A stretch of 64,000 bases of DNA. It comes from Candidatus Latescibacterota bacterium. GTDB taxonomy: Bacteria; Latescibacterota; UBA2968; UBA8231. Within the stretch, counting starts at the first letter, position 1. Each line of letters begins with the position of its first letter. The translations under genes and the position numbers were made by a program. The stretch is from positions 1,984,001 to 2,048,000 of the forward strand of contig CBDFJF010000001.1 of NCBI GenBank assembly GCA_965248265.1, given 5' to 3'. Shown one piece after another: positions 28,773 through 38,078 of this stretch. Below the pieces are notes generated by a model. That model had not been told where the DNA came from. It made no database searches and saw only the letters and a list, made by a program, of their open reading frames with translations.

Positions 28773-29007
28773 CGCGCCCTGCCAGCGACCAAGGAGCTCA
28801 CCCAACGACATTCCGTAGAAATCGCGCCCCAGCCGGAAGCGTCGGAGGTGACGGACGAAGACCCGGAGGACGCCGTGGATGTCTTCCGCGCGGACTGGTA
28901 TCGGGGTGTCAAGGCGAGCCATGAGTCCAGGGGACACGCTGCGGGTCTACCGGCAGGATCGGTCTCACCCGCTCCGATGCCTACCGCACCGTCGGCTACA
29001 TCCCAAT

Positions 29008-30033
29008 TCACGGCCCTTCCACCCCGACCGGTACCCCTCCCTGGTCCAGAGATCGCTGCGCCGCCTCCAGCACGCGCACTACCCGCAGCCCGTCCTGGCC
29101 GTCACTTCTCGGCACGGCATTGTCCCGTACGCAATCGACGAAATGCTGGCACTCGAGCTTCAGCGGCTCGTCCATGTGGATGTGGGGTATGACCACATCG
29201 CCGAACCGCAGTGTGATTGCCTCACCGTAGGACTCGTAGCTCTCGCGTTCCACCGCCTTGTCGTAAATCCTGATTTTTTCGGCACTTTCCATGTCGTCGA
29301 AGACGGCCATCTTTTCACTGCCGACGATCGTCAACTTCCGGATCTTGTGCGGATCAAGCCACGAAACCTGCAGCTGGCCCATCTTGCCGTCTTCGAAGTG
29401 CAGGTTGACGAAGACGACGTCCTCAACGCCCTTCTGCAGATAGCACTCCCCGCTGGCGCTGACCGCGTCGGGCTCTTGATCGAGCAGGTACAGCATTACG
29501 GAGATGTCGTGGGGAGCCAGGCTCCACAGTGCATTCTCGTCCTTACGGACGATGCCCAGGTTGACGCGCTGGGAGTACAGGTAGTACGTCTCGCCCAGGT
29601 CACCATCGTCGATGAGGCGTTTGAGAGCGTCGACGGCGGGATGGTGAACGAGGAGATGACCCACCATGAGGACGCGGTCATTTCGGCTCGCGAGCTTCAC
29701 CAGCTCCTCCGCCTCCTTTGCTTTCGTCGTCATAGGCTTCTCGACGAAGACATGCTTCCCCGACTCGAGAGCCCGCTTGACAGTCTCGTAGTGCTGGACC
29801 GCTGGAAGAGCGATCACCACTGCGTCGGTGTTAACATCCTGCAGGACACTCTCGTAGTCGGGGACCACCTTCAGATCGCTGTGCAGCCCCGCGACACGCG
29901 CCCTAACCTCCGGATCGCTGTCGCACACCGTCCCCAGATGCGCCCCGCGCAGGTTGGCGAAAACCCTGACCAGATTCCGGCCCCAGTATCCGGCTCCCAC
30001 ACACGCGATCGATACAATTTCGTTCCTACCCAT
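29008..30033 (-). CDS. Gfo/Idh/MocA oxidoreductase (WlbA/WbpB-like)
   Basis: GAGYWG, HVFVEKP, LAPHD. Confidence 0.9.
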   Translation of the reverse strand: MGRNEIVSIACVGAGYWGRNLVRVFANLRGAHLGTVCDSDPEVRARVAGLHSDLKVVPDYESVLQDVNTDAVVIALPAVQHYETVKRALESGKHVFVEKPMTTKAKEAEELVKLASRNDRVLMVGHLLVHHPAVDALKRLIDDGDLGETYYLYSQRVNLGIVRKDENALWSLAPHDISVMLYLLDQEPDAVSASGECYLQKGVEDVVFVNLHFEDGKMGQLQVSWLDPHKIRKLTIVGSEKMAVFDDMESAEKIRIYDKAVERESYESYGEAITLRFGDVVIPHIHMDEPLKLECQHFVDCVRDNAVPRSDGQDGLRVVRVLEAAQRSLDQGGVPVGVEGP

Positions 30034-30213
30034 TCCCCAAAACTCCTAAGCTGTCCGGCCTGGCGGATGCGTGGTTGCTGAAGATTCCTGCCTCGATACG
30101 CTCCGCCCCCGTCACTTACGCCACGAAAAATGGCGCAACTTATTGTTTTTTTGTTGTTTAATACTACTCAACGGCGCACGATCTCAAGGACCACGCCTGA
30201 CGCCGTCGATCAC

Positions 30214-30831
30214 TCAGGACAGATGCCAGACCTTTGATTCAGGGACTTCCAGCTCTCGCAGTCGCAGGTCAGCAACATCCAGGTCGTTCAGGACGGTTAT
30301 GAGAACGCCGTCCAGGACGAGTGTCTTCAGCTCTTGTTCGGAAACCAGGGGAACCCCACCAAACGCTTCGCCATCGAAACCATCGTCAGCGACCGCGACC
30401 ACCTCGATCCCATCCTGATGGACAACGGACATCACAATACGAGCAGCCTCACTCGCGCCGAAGAGCGCGATCCGGCGCACGCCCGCCTCACCCATGGAAG
30501 CGAGGCATTCCTCCAGTTTCTCCTCCACCCGGTTGTAGTAGCCGATCGTCATCTTCATGAAGCCGTAGGTAAGCCGCGACTTCTCCTTGAGACCGGTGGG
30601 AGTCAGGATGTAGAGGTAAGCACGCTTGTCGGGGTTATTCAGCGCGCGCTGAAACTTCACATGGCCCTTCTCCAGCAACCGGTGAAGGCAGTAGTTGACC
30701 TTCTTTAGATTCAACCCAGTTTGACGCGACAACTCCCGCTGCGTGACTTGTTCGCTCTCTGTCAGGGCTTCCAGGACAGCGAGCATACCGAGGTCATCGC
30801 GCGTAGTTGTATCCTGCGCCGGGATAGGCAT
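30214..30831 (-). CDS. MarR-family EPS-associated transcriptional regulator with C-terminal Rossmann-like domain
   Basis: TQRELS..G..L.KVNYCL..L.EKG.VK...Y.Y.LTP.G..EK..LT signature. Confidence 0.85.
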   Translation of the reverse strand: MPIPAQDTTTRDDLGMLAVLEALTESEQVTQRELSRQTGLNLKKVNYCLHRLLEKGHVKFQRALNNPDKRAYLYILTPTGLKEKSRLTYGFMKMTIGYYNRVEEKLEECLASMGEAGVRRIALFGASEAARIVMSVVHQDGIEVVAVADDGFDGEAFGGVPLVSEQELKTLVLDGVLITVLNDLDVADLRLRELEVPESKVWHLS

Positions 30832-30949
30832 AGAGATCCCCTTGACGGATTTCAGATACTCAAATTTTCGTGCTTCAGGAACTGATTTATAGCAATTAAG
30901 GCAGAGGCGTGCCCAATCAGTATTGGAAGTAGGATTGTGCGTGGGAAAA

Positions 30950-30978
30950 AATGTAGCCAGATGTTAACGTATTGTCAA
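30950..30978 (-). promoter_or_regulatory. sigma70 promoter upstream of the MarR gene
   Basis: TTGACA-17 bp-TACATT on the minus strand. Confidence 0.65.
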
Positions 30979-31066
30979 GAAGAAAGTTACCAAAGGTAAC
31001 AATGGTGATTTGGCTCACATTTTCGCACCTCACGGCGTGCTCGGCCGCCTAGGGGCCCGCCTTGAT

Positions 31067-32368
31067 TCACAGATGGACGATCCGTTCGGAAGCAGCGAAA
31101 CTCCGCAGGGCATTACGTGTGTCGACGATGAGCCTGGCCTGATCCACGATGCGTGCCCAGTCGTATGAGGAATGTGCAGTGACGATTACGCAGCAGTCGG
31201 CCCGGACAACCTCTGCGCACAACTCGACCGACTCGAGATTGCCACCCTGCTCGATCTCCAGTCGCGGTACATGTGGGTCGTTGTAGCAGACCTCAGCCCC
31301 CTTGCGCCGCATCAACTCGATGATGTTCAGGGCCGGACTTTCACGCACATCGTCAACGTCCGCCTTGTATGCCACTCCGAGGATCAGGATCTTCGACCCT
31401 TTCACCGGCTTCCCCGCGTCGTTGAGCGCATCGGCGACCTTGCTGACGACATGATGCGGCATGCCCGCATTGATTTTGTCCGCAAGGTCTATGAACCGGG
31501 TCTCGTGATCCATGCCGCGCATCTTCCACGACAGGTACAGCGGGTCGATCGGCAGGCAGTGGCCGCCGAGCCCGGGACCCGGATTGAACTGCATGAACCC
31601 GAACGGTTTGGTGGCTGCGGCGTCGATGATCTCCCAGACGTTCAGCCCCAGCCGATCGCAGATCAAGGCGATCTCGTTCACCATCCCGATGTTGACTGCT
31701 CGAAACGTGTTTTCCAGCAGCTTGACCATCTCGGCGGCCGCGGGAGACGATACCGGGACGACCGTGTCCACAGCGTGCCGGTACAAAGCTACGGCAGCCT
31801 CAGTGCATGCCGGTGTAACTCCGCCAATGACCTTGGGTGTATTGCGCGTCTGCCACTGCTTGTTGCCCGGATCAATTCTCTCGGGTGAGAAGGCCAGGAA
31901 GAAATCCACGCCTGGCTCAGCTCCATTCACCCGCAGGCGTGGGAGAATCAGCTCCTCGGTAGAGCCTGGATAGGTCGTGCTTTCGAGCACGACGAGCATG
32001 TCTCGGTGGGCATACTTGGCGATCTCGTCGCAGGCCGCGACGATGAAGGTTATATCGGGATCCTTGGTCTTGCTCAGGGGAGTCGGGACACAAATGCAGA
32101 TGCAGTCAACGTCCTGCAATACGGAGAAATCCGTCGTTGCCTTGAGCGTTCTTGCCTGTACAACTTCATTGAGCCGTTGATCCGGCACATCGTTCAGATA
32201 AGACACGCCCGAGTTGACGCGCTCGACTTTTTTCTGGTCGGTGTCGATCCCGGTGGTCTCTATGCCACCACACGCGAATTCGATCGACAACGGTAACCCG
32301 ACGTATCCGAGACCGATGACAGCCAGCCTTGCTTCGTGAGCTTCGATTTTCTCTACCAGATTACTCAC
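31067..32368 (-). CDS. UDP-N-acetylglucosamine/nucleotide-sugar 6-dehydrogenase (WbpA/WecC family)
   Basis: GLGYVGLP, CVPTP, SPERIDPG, GGHC, DDVRESP. Confidence 0.92.
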   Translation of the reverse strand: MSNLVEKIEAHEARLAVIGLGYVGLPLSIEFACGGIETTGIDTDQKKVERVNSGVSYLNDVPDQRLNEVVQARTLKATTDFSVLQDVDCICICVPTPLSKTKDPDITFIVAACDEIAKYAHRDMLVVLESTTYPGSTEELILPRLRVNGAEPGVDFFLAFSPERIDPGNKQWQTRNTPKVIGGVTPACTEAAVALYRHAVDTVVPVSSPAAAEMVKLLENTFRAVNIGMVNEIALICDRLGLNVWEIIDAAATKPFGFMQFNPGPGLGGHCLPIDPLYLSWKMRGMDHETRFIDLADKINAGMPHHVVSKVADALNDAGKPVKGSKILILGVAYKADVDDVRESPALNIIELMRRKGAEVCYNDPHVPRLEIEQGGNLESVELCAEVVRADCCVIVTAHSSYDWARIVDQARLIVDTRNALRSFAASERIVHL

Positions 32369-32408
32369 GATTCGATTGAATCCTCATTCTCATCGCTGTT
32401 ACTACCGG

Positions 32409-33338
32409 TCATTTCCGATACCACGCTACGGCTAGCTCTAAACCTTCTGTTGCGTGTACGAGTGGGTGGTAGTTTAGCTTTTCCTGTGCGGCCCCTATGT
32501 CGGCTTGGGAAAGTGGCAGATCTCCGGTTTTTGCAGGACCGTAGGAGATATTCCCCTCTGTTGCTATCAGTTCCTGCAAGCGAGCGATGATCTCATTCAG
32601 GCTCAAGCTGTCGCCGCAGCCGATGTTGAAAACACCGCCAGCTGCGTTCTGAGCATCGATCGCACACATGTTCGCGTGCACGACATTGGTGATGTAGGTG
32701 AAGTCCCGCGAAATCGTGCCGTCGCCGTTCACCGTCAACGGGCGCCCTTCCATCATGCCGACGATGAAGATCGCGATGAAGGCCGAATACGCCGAGGTCG
32801 GATCCATCCGCGGGCCGAAGACGTTGAAATACCTCAGAGCGACTGTCTCGAGACCGAAGGTATCGGCGTAGACCCGGCAGTATTTTTCTCCGGTCAACTT
32901 GGTTACGGCGTATGGCGAGATTGGCTTCGGAAGCATATCCTCCCGCTTCGGCATCCCCTCACCCGAGCCGTACACCGAGGACGAGGACGCGAACACGACC
33001 CTTTTGACCCCGGCTTCCTTGGCCGCATCCAGCACATTCAGTGTCCCCCCGACGTTCACCTCGTTGGTCGTGATCGGATCCTCGATAGAGCGTGGAACAG
33101 AAGGCAATGCGCCCTGGTGCAGGACGTAGTCAGCCCCATTGACGGCCTGGCGAACGGTGTGCTGACTGCGCAGGTCCCCTTCGATGACCTCGATATGTCC
33201 GGCAAAGGGCGCCAGGTTCTCGCGCTTGCCGGTGGAAAAATTGTCGAGCACGCGGACTCGTTCGCCGCGGCCGAGGAGCTCTTCCACTAAATGCGATCCG
33301 ATGAATCCGGCACCGCCGGTGACAAGGAATAGTGCCAT
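32409..33338 (-). CDS. UDP-HexNAc 4-epimerase (WbpP/TviC-like SDR)
   Basis: GGAGFIG, HQGALPSVPRS, YAVTK, RYFNVFGP. Confidence 0.88.
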   Translation of the reverse strand: MALFLVTGGAGFIGSHLVEELLGRGERVRVLDNFSTGKRENLAPFAGHIEVIEGDLRSQHTVRQAVNGADYVLHQGALPSVPRSIEDPITTNEVNVGGTLNVLDAAKEAGVKRVVFASSSSVYGSGEGMPKREDMLPKPISPYAVTKLTGEKYCRVYADTFGLETVALRYFNVFGPRMDPTSAYSAFIAIFIVGMMEGRPLTVNGDGTISRDFTYITNVVHANMCAIDAQNAAGGVFNIGCGDSLSLNEIIARLQELIATEGNISYGPAKTGDLPLSQADIGAAQEKLNYHPLVHATEGLELAVAWYRK

Positions 33339-33350
33339 CAGTGCGCCACG

Positions 33351-34535
33351 TCAGGACCTGAATCCCACCTTGCGCCGCTCGCCGCTCCAGTGGATGTCGG
33401 GAGTGACCGCGTGTTTCTTGCTCTCGATCCTCTTTTTGTACTTCAACAAATCCTCGATTACCGTGCTCATCTCCTGGTCCATGTCATGGGTCGGCTGGTA
33501 TCCCAGGTCGAGGAGGTGTTGATGGTCGGGATTGTAGTAATGCTCTTCCATTTCCTTTCTTGGATTGTCCATGTTGCGAACCTCGACACTGAGTCCGTGA
33601 CTGGCACCCACCGTTTGGACCTTGAGGGCCAGCTCAGTGACGTCGTAAACCTCCTCGAACTGGTTGAACACGCGATACTCCCCCAGTGCCGGCGGATTCT
33701 CGATCGCCAGAGTCATGCATTGCATCGAGTCGCGCAGAGCAATGAAACCTCGTTTCTGATGGCCACCTCCGTATGGCGTGAGGGGATGACCGATCACGGC
33801 CTGAGCGCAAAACCGGTTGATGGCAGTCCCAAAACATTGATCAAAATCAAACCGTGTCACCAGATCCTCGTTTCCCTCGAAGGCGTCGACGCGAGTGCCG
33901 TAGACGACACCTTGCATGATGTCCGTCGACCTGAGACCCCAGATCCTGCACGCCATGGTTACGTTGTTGGAATCGTGCACCTTGCTCTGGTGATACCAGC
34001 TGCCGGCCTGCCGCGGGAAGGGCAGTTTGTCTTTTCTACCGCGATACTCGATCTCGAAGAAGCCTTCGGGGATGTCGAGATTCGGTGTCCCGTATTCACC
34101 CATCGTCCCCAGCTTCACCAAATGGCATTCCGGACAAGCTTCCTTCATCGCGTAAAGCAGGTTGAGGGTCCCAATTATATTGTTCTGTTGGGTGAAAACA
34201 CAGTGATGGACATCTATCATGCTGTAGGGAGCAGACGGCATCTCACCCAAGTGCACGATGGCTTCGGGTTGGAACGAGCGCAGAAAATTCAGTAGAAAGT
34301 CGAAGTTCATCAGGTCGCCTTTCCTAAAATCAAGGCTCGACCCGTAGGTCTCTGTAAATGCCGTCAGGCGGTCAGTCATGCGGCGAATCGGCGTTGCTGA
34401 TTGCGACCCCATTTCGGCGACCCAATCACGCCTGAAATACGTGTCAATGCCGGCGACCTCATGGCCTTTGGCCGTCAGGTGACACGACAGTGTCCATCCC
34501 AGGTACCCGTCTACACCCGCTATGAAAACTCTCAT
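33351..34535 (-). CDS. sqdB: UDP-sulfoquinovose synthase (SqdB/SQD1/Agl3 family)
   Basis: GVDGYLGW, SAPYSM, KLGTMGEYGTPN.DIPEG, GSWYHQSKVHDS, TDIMQGVVYG, FGTAINRFC, E.EEHYY. Confidence 0.9.
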   Translation of the reverse strand: MRVFIAGVDGYLGWTLSCHLTAKGHEVAGIDTYFRRDWVAEMGSQSATPIRRMTDRLTAFTETYGSSLDFRKGDLMNFDFLLNFLRSFQPEAIVHLGEMPSAPYSMIDVHHCVFTQQNNIIGTLNLLYAMKEACPECHLVKLGTMGEYGTPNLDIPEGFFEIEYRGRKDKLPFPRQAGSWYHQSKVHDSNNVTMACRIWGLRSTDIMQGVVYGTRVDAFEGNEDLVTRFDFDQCFGTAINRFCAQAVIGHPLTPYGGGHQKRGFIALRDSMQCMTLAIENPPALGEYRVFNQFEEVYDVTELALKVQTVGASHGLSVEVRNMDNPRKEMEEHYYNPDHQHLLDLGYQPTHDMDQEMSTVIEDLLKYKKRIESKKHAVTPDIHWSGERRKVGFRS

Positions 34536-34720
34536 CCGTTATCCGTTGTGAGCAGATGCTCGTTTGTTAAGTCACGAAATAGTGTGCTCTGCAACGAGGA
34601 TTCTCCGTTTCACGATGTTGCCCATCCGAGAATCTCGAGACTTCGATGATAGGGTACGTCCGGATTCTTGCCCCGTGAACGGCATCACGTCCCGGATCAA
34701 TGCGGCCGAATGCATCGTAA

Positions 34721-35134
34721 TCACAGAAACGGCGCAAAGGCCTTCCGCAACTCCCCGAAATCCCCCAGGCGCTGATGAAGCACGTCGTACACGATCCCCC
34801 TGTCGATATCCAGATATTCATGCACAAGGATGTTCCTGAATCCGATCATCTGGATCCACTTCTCTGCCGAGCTTTCATTCAGGTGTTGTTTCTGGGCCAG
34901 AAGCGTCGGTATGTCAGCGTACGAATCGACCTCACCCAACCCCAGATCGGCGATAACGTGGTTGCCCAGGTCGATCAGTGCCTCTACGGCCAGTTGCAGA
35001 AAGCGCTCGGCGCTCCCATAGCGCTCTGGATTCTCCAGGAATTCCTCGCGCGTGTACTTCTGCAAGTCACCGAGAACAGCCACGTACTCATCGAGCTTGT
35101 TCAGGCGTTTCCGGATGACCTCCTTATTGACCAC
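34721..35134 (-). CDS. HEPN (DUF86/HepT-like) ribonuclease toxin
   Basis: GFRNILVHEY (RX4HXY). GTG start overlaps the end of the MNT gene. Confidence 0.9.
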   Translation of the reverse strand: MVNKEVIRKRLNKLDEYVAVLGDLQKYTREEFLENPERYGSAERFLQLAVEALIDLGNHVIADLGLGEVDSYADIPTLLAQKQHLNESSAEKWIQMIGFRNILVHEYLDIDRGIVYDVLHQRLGDFGELRKAFAPFL

Positions 35135-35561
35135 TGAGTATCCTCCGGCGGTACGCCCGGCGCTGAACATCGAGATATGGCTTCAGATCCAGATATTGGC
35201 GTACCACGTTCGAAAACAGAGTGCCCCGGTCGAAGTCGACAGCCTGGTACACCAGCCGGTTGTGCCTGATCGCCTCGTACTTCAATACCATGTCACTGGT
35301 GTCCAGGAAGACGAGATCGACGTCGGTAAAGCCGAGACGCGCCAAGTCCGTGAGGATCTTCAGCTTCTTCTCACGCGCGGATCGGCTTCGCGGGACTACC
35401 GCCAGGTCCAGGTCGCTGCCGTGACGGGCCGCACCGATGGCGCGCGAGCCAAACAGGTATACCGCCTGGATATCCGGATAACGGCCGAACACCCCGGCCA
35501 GCACGGATAATTCACTGTCTGTTTCGGTCTGCGTGCTCACGGCCTCGTTCTTCGATTCCAT
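35124..35561 (-). CDS. minimal nucleotidyltransferase (MntA-like) antitoxin
   Basis: YLFGSRAIG....SDLDLAV (GSX10DXD), VDLV. Confidence 0.9.
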   Translation of the reverse strand: MESKNEAVSTQTETDSELSVLAGVFGRYPDIQAVYLFGSRAIGAARHGSDLDLAVVPRSRSAREKKLKILTDLARLGFTDVDLVFLDTSDMVLKYEAIRHNRLVYQAVDFDRGTLFSNVVRQYLDLKPYLDVQRRAYRRRILSGQ

Positions 35562-35703
35562 CTCGTAATATCGCCGGATTTCCCTATCCCGTGGTTACCC
35601 ACCACTACAATCCAATTGATAATGTTCACCCCATCGGTTAGAATCCAATGTACCTGAGATTTTCCACCCATCAATAATAAGAAAAAGCCAGGATTCCTAT
35701 CTC

Positions 35704-37242
35704 ATGGACGCATCACACTATGCTATCAAACCCGCCATCAGGCCCAGGTTTTGTGGGGACTCGAGCACTCGTCGCCATCTAGTGGGCTTGTTCTCCTTCA
35801 CGTTCGCCCTGGCTCTGATATGGCTACTCCCACAACCCGTCCAAGCCAGCGAACCCCTCCCCCTCGAGGACTGCATCGCCCTGGCCTTGTCCAACAATCT
35901 GCAGCACCTCAGCGACCGCCAGAATCTCGAGGCCAGCCGAGCCCGCTACGAGCAAGCGCATTCGCCTTTCGCCATCGACGCCAATCTGGCCGTGACGGCT
36001 CCCAGCTACGTCGAGACGCAAGACACCTTCGAGGAGGCCGCGCTCCGCGAGCGTTTCCAGGAAGAGAACACGACCTTCCGTTATGAGACGCAGCTGAACC
36101 TGTCGCGCCGCGTCGACCGCGTCGGGCGCTTCAACGTGCGCAGCACCGGATTCCGCCACGACTTTGACTCCAACCGGCGGGAGGACTTCCTCGAGTACTT
36201 CGGCGATATCGACCTGCAGTACCAACGCGATTTACTGTCGACACCGAGCGACGAAATCGGGCTGCGGCAGGCTGAGCTGGACCTCACCATCAGCGGGTCA
36301 ACCCTGGAGCGCAGGGAGCTATTGCTTGAACAGCACGTCTCTGACACCTACTTCGACCTGGCCCGCAGCATCCGCCAGCTCGAAATCCAAGAACAGCGCC
36401 TGACCCAGGCCTCTGCCGCTTTGATTCTTGCCCAAAAGAAATACGAGATCGGCCTCATTGCTGAGGTCGAAGCACTGCGCCTGCAGGTCGAAAAACTGAA
36501 TGCCGAGGCCACCTTCGCCCAGGCGGAGACCGAGATTGAACGGCGACGCGACATTCTCCGGGACGTGCTCGGCCTCGACCACAACTCACCGCTCGAAATC
36601 GACACCGACGTTCAGGCCGAACGCCTCACCATCGATGAGGAGCACGCCGTCAGCGTCGGACTGGAAAACCGATCCGACATCATGGAGGCCGAGCTCCGCG
36701 AGCAAATCAACGAGCTCGACCTCGAGCGTCGCAGAGACCAGAGCGAGCTCAATGCCTCCGTCGTCGCTGGGGTGACCCTGCGGGGGCGCGGTCCTGAACC
36801 GGGCGACGTGTCCGACAGTTTCGAGCGCAGCAGGGTGATGGCGAGCCTTCAAATTGGCCTGCCCGTCGTCGACAGCGGTTGGCGTCGTGGCCTGGTGCGG
36901 CAAGGCGAAGCTGCGCTGGAACAGAGCCGGCTCTCGAGGAAAATGCAGCGCCAGCAGGTCATCCTCGACATCCGGGATGCCGTGCGTAACGTGCGTGAGG
37001 CGGAGCGTCAGATCGACTTGCGACAGGCCTCGCTGGAGGTAACCGAGCGCCAATACGAAGTCGAACAGGCACGGTTCGAACTGGGAATCGGCGACAGCCA
37101 GGAATTGTTGGATGCCCAGACGACGCTGACCTCGGCGCGCACGGAAGCGCTGGAGTCGGTCATCAACTACCGGCGCTCTCTACAGAGCCTCCGAGTGGCC
37201 ACGATGTCGGATTTGTCAGAGCTCGAAGCTGGAAAACAATAG
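35704..37242 (+). CDS. TolC-family outer membrane protein
   Basis: Signal-like N-terminus, L.LEDCIALAL.NN, two OEP repeats (YEIGL..EVE; FELG..SQELLDAQ). Confidence 0.85.
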   Translation: MDASHYAIKPAIRPRFCGDSSTRRHLVGLFSFTFALALIWLLPQPVQASEPLPLEDCIALALSNNLQHLSDRQNLEASRARYEQAHSPFAIDANLAVTAPSYVETQDTFEEAALRERFQEENTTFRYETQLNLSRRVDRVGRFNVRSTGFRHDFDSNRREDFLEYFGDIDLQYQRDLLSTPSDEIGLRQAELDLTISGSTLERRELLLEQHVSDTYFDLARSIRQLEIQEQRLTQASAALILAQKKYEIGLIAEVEALRLQVEKLNAEATFAQAETEIERRRDILRDVLGLDHNSPLEIDTDVQAERLTIDEEHAVSVGLENRSDIMEAELREQINELDLERRRDQSELNASVVAGVTLRGRGPEPGDVSDSFERSRVMASLQIGLPVVDSGWRRGLVRQGEAALEQSRLSRKMQRQQVILDIRDAVRNVREAERQIDLRQASLEVTERQYEVEQARFELGIGDSQELLDAQTTLTSARTEALESVINYRRSLQSLRVATMSDLSELEAGKQ

Positions 37243-37255
37243 GAGCCTGTCCGCT

Positions 37256-37744
37256 TTAGCTGTCGTCGTTCGAGTCCATCAGGGGATGACTGAACTCCTC
37301 GTCCTCACCGAAAATCATGCGTCGTGGCCTGAGGCGAGTGTAGTTGGGAATCTGGTTGGTCTCTTCCGCCTCCTGACAGGCGACACACAGACGCGCGGTC
37401 GGCAATGCATCAAGTCGTGGCTTGGGGATAAACGGACAGCCGTCACATAAGTGTAACGGGGTATCCAGACAGGCCTCACACTTGCCGTAGGTTCCGGTCT
37501 CCAGTTTCTCCAGCGACAGCAGGATCTCTTCCAGCTCACGTCTCTCGGTGTCTCCGAGGGCCACGAGCAGTTCCATGGTCCCGGCCTCAACGGCGCGATC
37601 AAGGTCATCGGCTTTGGGATCCTGCAGCTGATCGATCTCAGCCTCGTTGCCGTGTAGATCGGCGAGCAGCGCGGAGCGACGATCCAGCAGTCGCTTCCTG
37701 ACTTTGTCACGATCTCGTTTGTTGAGGGCGACCCTTTTGGCCAT
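37256..37744 (-). CDS. dksA: DksA/TraR C4-type zinc finger protein
   Basis: DDLDRA coiled-coil tip, GTYGKCEAC...RLDALPTARLCVAC. Confidence 0.8.
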   Translation of the reverse strand: MAKRVALNKRDRDKVRKRLLDRRSALLADLHGNEAEIDQLQDPKADDLDRAVEAGTMELLVALGDTERRELEEILLSLEKLETGTYGKCEACLDTPLHLCDGCPFIPKPRLDALPTARLCVACQEAEETNQIPNYTRLRPRRMIFGEDEEFSHPLMDSNDDS

Positions 37745-38078
37745 TGTGTGCCTTCCTTCGTCTCGGACTTCCCGTCCTCTTCGGACTGACTGCCTTCTAA
37801 ATACACGGCCTTTCTTGACTCATACCGCGAGCCGGAGTTCCCGCTTTTCTGCGCCCATATCCGGCTGAGCCGCCGCGTTCCCAATATCGACTGAACCGAG
37901 CCAACGCTTTAATCCGTCCTGCCTCCATGTCGGGCATAATTTCGGACGTATTTTGGGCAAAAAAGAAGGCGGAGAAAGATAGCGATCCTCCTCCGCCTGT
38001 CAAACGCCAGAATCGTTTACGTATAACTACTTATTTTTATTGGATTAACAGAAACTACTACCAGCTATTGCTGCCGGT

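Noticed and set aside
28879-30081. 400-aa plus-strand ORF (also 33390-34295, 44665-45522, 46538-47584, 54367-55203)
   Set aside because: Antisense to clear genes; typical of GC-rich codon bias.
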